Part shown: piece after piece, positions 60,601 to 64,000 of the stretch | Numbering within the stretch: position 1 is the first letter of the stretch | Layout of the letters: every line of letters starts with the position of its first letter | Origin: Macrostomum hystrix | Taxonomy: Eukaryota > Animalia > Platyhelminthes | Assembly: GCA_950097015.1 (NCBI GenBank) | Contig: CATNEN010000038.1 | Span: 8,928,001-8,992,000 of the forward strand | Length of the DNA: 64,000 nucleotides | Direction of reading: 5' to 3' | Position numbers and translations under genes: made by a program | The notes under the pieces: model-generated | The model's database searches: none | Seen by the model: the letters and a program-made list of their open reading frames with translations, nothing else | Told to the model about the DNA's origin: nothing

Positions 60601-60930
60601 CACTACGAGCCCCACTACGACTTCGCCCATCGCCGTGAGGTGAACGCCTTCGAGCGGGCCCAGGGCAACCGCATAGCAACGCTGCTATACTATCTGTCTG
60701 ACGTGCCCGCTGGCGGCGCCACTGTCTTTACGGATCTGGGCGTGCGCCTACTGCCACAGAAGGGTTCGGCTGCCTTCTGGTACAATCTACGGCGAAGCGG
60801 CGAGGGGGAGCTGATGACTAGGCACGCAGCCTGTCCTGTAATGCACGGATCCAAGTGGGTGATGAACAAGTGGTTCCACGAGCGTGGCCAAGAGTTTCTT
60901 CGTCCCTGCAGCCTAAGCCAGGAAGATTGA
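57630..60930 (+). CDS. P4HA: Collagen prolyl 4-hydroxylase alpha subunit
   Basis: Exons 57630-58128, 58597-58763, 58856-59203, 59751-60011, 60577-60930. Signal peptide then ELFTA, HPIHAYLMLKRL, RLQDTY, LDYLAY, YRISKSAWL, ELQVVNYGLGGHYEPHYDF (HxD), GNRIAT, GGATVF, TRHAACPV..GSKWVMNKWFHE. Confidence 0.95.
59238..59700. repeat. 20-bp minisatellite (AGGATTGGGTAGAGTGAGGA) in P4HA intron 3
   Basis: About 23 tandem copies. Confidence 0.96.
60028..60530. repeat. 22-bp minisatellite (GACATGTTAGACACTGATCTCC) in P4HA intron 4
   Basis: About 23 tandem copies. Confidence 0.96.
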
Positions 60931-61026
60931 GCTTGAGGAAGAAAAAAAATACTTTTAATGCTCCTAAAATATTTTTTGCAATAAATGCTATTCCTAACAA
61001 ATTCGATCCCTCAACGAAGAGATAAA

Positions 61027-61883
61027 GGATTAGGGATCGGGATCCCGGGATTAGGGATCGGGATTAGGGATCGGGATTAGGGATCGGGATCCCGGGATTA
61101 GGGATCGGGATCCCGGGATTAGGGATCGGGATCCCGGGATTAGGGATCGGGATCCCGGGATTAGGGATCGGGATCCCGGGATTAGGGATCGGGATCCCGG
61201 GATTAGGGATCGGGATCCCGGGATTAGGGATCGGGATCCCGGGATTAGGGATCGGGATCCCGGGATTAGGGATCGGGATCCCGGGATTAGGGATCGGGAT
61301 CCCGGGATTAGGGATCGGGATCCCGGGATTAGGAATCGGGATCCCGGGATTAGGGATCGGGATCCCGGGATTAGGGATCGGGATCCCGGGATTAGGGATC
61401 GGGATAACGGGATTAGGGATCGAGATCCCGGGATTAGGGATCGGGATCCCTGGATTAGGGATCGGGATCCCGTGATTAGGGATCCCGGGATTAGGGATCG
61501 GGATCCCGGGATTAGGGATCGGGATCCCGGGATTAGGGATCGGGATCCCGGGATTAGGGATCGGCATCCCGGGATTAGGGATCGGGATAACGGGATTAGG
61601 GATCGAGATCCCGGGATTAGGGATCGGGATCCCTGGATTAGGGATCGGGATCCCGGGATTAGGGATCGGGATCCCGGGATTAGGGATCGGGATCCCGGGA
61701 TTAGGGATCGGGATCCCGGGATTAGGGATCGGGATCCCGGGATTAGGGATCGGGATCCCGGGATTAGGGATCGGGATCCCGGGATTAGGGATCGGGATAA
61801 CGGGATTAGGGATCGGGATAACGGGATTAGGGATCGGGATAACGGGATTAGGGATCGGGATCCCGGGATTAGGGATCGGGATT
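61027..61883. repeat. 21-bp G-rich minisatellite (GGGATTAGGGATCGGGATCCC) containing TTAGGG
   Basis: About 40 tandem copies starting about 40 nt after the P4HA AATAAA (60980-60985). Confidence 0.97.
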
Positions 61884-62327
61884 TTGTTTTTCTTGCTAGT
61901 CACAAGGCTTACTTCGAGTGTTGGGCACATTTTTTGCTTTGTTGTTGTTGTATACGGCTTTTATCATGTCTTCTTTGAACCGGAACAAATCATTTTTAAC
62001 TTTTTAACACACCTGCATATCACAAGCCGATGCATGCACGTGGCCTTACCTGCTGCACCCATTTTAGTGGCTTTTTATCAGTTATTTATTGTGTGCTCTG
62101 CTTCCGATTACAAATAGCTAGCGATTGCCTGCAGTATTATTTTAGCATCACTGCTCCTTTCAGTACTTTACCTTTATTTATGTCTTGCTTATTGTACGTT
62201 TCTCTATATTTTTTAATTTTTACTTGCCATGCATGCTTTGGCTTTTTATGTTTGAAGGCTTTTATAAAAGCTATCTCAGCTTATTTATTTTCCCAAAGAT
62301 TATCGTAATATATCAGCCTTCACTTCC

Positions 62328-63280
62328 TACTCTCCCTGCTTCTGCTCCCTTCTCTGCCTTCTCCCGCTCCCTTCTCTCCCTGCTTCCGCTCCCTTCTCTC
62401 CCTGCTTCCGCTCCCTTCTCTCCCTGCTTCCGCTCCCTTCTCTCTCTGCTTCCGCTCCCTTCTCTGCCTTCTCCCGCTCCCTTCTCTCCCTGCTTCCGCT
62501 CCCTTCTCTCCTTGCTTCCGCTCCCTTCTCTGCCTTCTCCCGCTCCCTTCTCTCCCTGCTTCCGCTCCCTTCTCTCCCTTGTTCCGCTCCCTTCTCTCCC
62601 TGCTTCCGCTCCCTTCTCTCCCTTGTTCCGCTCCCTTCTTTCCCTGCTTCCGCTCCCTTCTCTCCTTGCTTCCGCTCCCTTCTCTGCCTGCTTCCGCTCC
62701 CTTCTCTCCCTGCTTCCGCTCCCTTCTCTGCCTTCTTCCGCTCCCTTCTCTGCCTTCTCCCGCTCCCTTCTCTCCCTGCTTCCGCTCCCTTCTCTGCCTT
62801 CTTCCGCTCCCTTCTCTGCCTTCTCCCGCTCCCTTCTCTGCCTTCTCCCGCTCCCTTCTCTCCCTGCTTCCGCTCCCTTCTCTGCCTTCTCCCGCTCCCT
62901 TCTCTCCCTGCTTCTGCTCCCTTCTCTCCCTGCTTCCGCTCCCTTCTCTCCCTGCTTCTGCTCCCTTCTCTGCCTTCTCCCGCTCCCTTCTCTCCCTGCT
63001 TCTGCTCCCTTCTCTGCCTTCTCCCGCTCCCTTCTCTCCCTGCTTCCGCTCCCTTCTCTGCCTTCTCCCGCTCCCTTCTCTCCCTGCTACCGCTCCCTTC
63101 TCTCCCTGCTTCCGCTCCCTTCTCTCCCTGCTACCGCTCCCTTCTCTCCCTTGTTCCGCTCCCTTCTCTCCCTGCTTCCGCTCCCTTCTCTCCCTGCTTC
63201 CGCTCCCTTCTCTCCCTGCTTCCGCTCCCTTCTCTCCCTGCTTCCGCTCCCTTCTCTCCCTGCTTCCGCTCCCTTCCCTC
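62328..63280. repeat. 22-bp pyrimidine-rich minisatellite (CTTCCGCTCCCTTCTCTCCCTG)
   Basis: About 43 tandem copies. Confidence 0.96.
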
Positions 63281-63704
63281 TACTTTTAATTTTATAAAGG
63301 CACAAGGACTGCAGTAGGTAATACAACACAGTGCTCTAAAACGTGTGTAATATTTTATTTTTATTCGACAAATTTTCACTTGTTTTTGCATGTTTCTCTC
63401 CTTAACTCTCTGTCGTAGGTCTATCAAGTAAGCTTTTTTTATGCATCCCGTGCTAAAAGTGAGATTTTGACAGTAGTAGTTTACATTTATTCGCATATTA
63501 TTATTATTATACTTTAAAATATATAGCTCATCGTATCGCCTTATTTAACATACAGGCGTGTTTTAGTATTATCAAAGCCCTTAACAACCTGCAATGTTGA
63601 ACTGAGTGTGTTATTTTCAATACGGGCCTTTGTTGCTGCACGCTGCGCTTGCGAAATTGTACTACGTGGTCGCTATGGTACATTTTAACTATCAAAAGTA
63701 CGAC

Positions 63705-63920
63705 AATAATAATAATTATTATTATTTTTGTTGGGGCTGTGGACACCGGTACCAATAATTTGGTCCCAGCAAGCTAGAGGCAACTCTGCCCATTCTGCTG
63801 ACTTTGCAACACTTGGACACATATACCGTGCGCAGGGCCTCAAGGCCGTTAAGTTGCACGACAAGCCCCTATGACTTCTTTGGCGGCTAAGTCCCAAATT
63901 AATGTGAACTCTCTGAATCG
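63705..63920 (-). mobile_element. Diverged SINE related to family A, reverse orientation
   Basis: (AAT)n tail, GCCCATTCTGCTGACT and TGCACGACAAGCCCC match the reverse complement of the family A body. Confidence 0.5.
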
Positions 63921-64000
63921 AGTTACCTGCTTTACTAATTACTTCCACAATATTGATTATAAAAGTACTCGTTGTGAAATAAATTTGTACATTAAATAGT

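Noticed and set aside
1-63280. CRISPR arrays
   Set aside because: All arrays are head-to-tail repeats without unique spacers, and there are no cas genes.
1-63280. Consistent strand orientation of G-rich array strands relative to transcription
   Set aside because: Both G-rich and C-rich sense strands occur, even within the EAAT gene.

Overview
Eukaryotic (metazoan) genomic DNA. GC-rich exons with GT-AG introns alternate with AT-rich spacers, and many introns contain their own 11-35 bp minisatellite array. This style suggests a free-living flatworm such as Macrostomum, which is inference only. Genes reconstructed by hand from the ORFs and splice sites: a BCR/ABR-like RhoGEF-PH-C2-RhoGAP (-, runs off the left edge), a TSP1-domain PY-motif membrane protein (-), TEDC1 (+), two tandem non-RD kinases flanking a doubly frameshifted PAN/C-type lectin (+), a small IQ-motif protein (-), an adenosine-receptor-like GPCR (+) whose intron holds an intact Tc1 (DD34E) and nested MITEs, an SLC1/EAAT transporter (+), MPDU1 (-), ATPAF2 (-) and prolyl 4-hydroxylase alpha (+). 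Also present: two tRNA-derived SINE families, plus hAT-type and Mutator-type MITEs. Main signal: BCR, ATPAF2 and probably the EAAT have no in-frame ATG ahead of their conserved N-termini, and MPDU1 has one only inside a minisatellite. Each begins exactly in codon phase 0 after a CAG acceptor. This is what is expected if the start codon comes from a trans-spliced leader ending in AUG, as flatworm leaders do. In ATPAF2 this would create the mitochondrial presequence, and ATPAF2-MPDU1 looks like an operon. Most of the long repetitive ORFs in the track are minisatellite artefacts.
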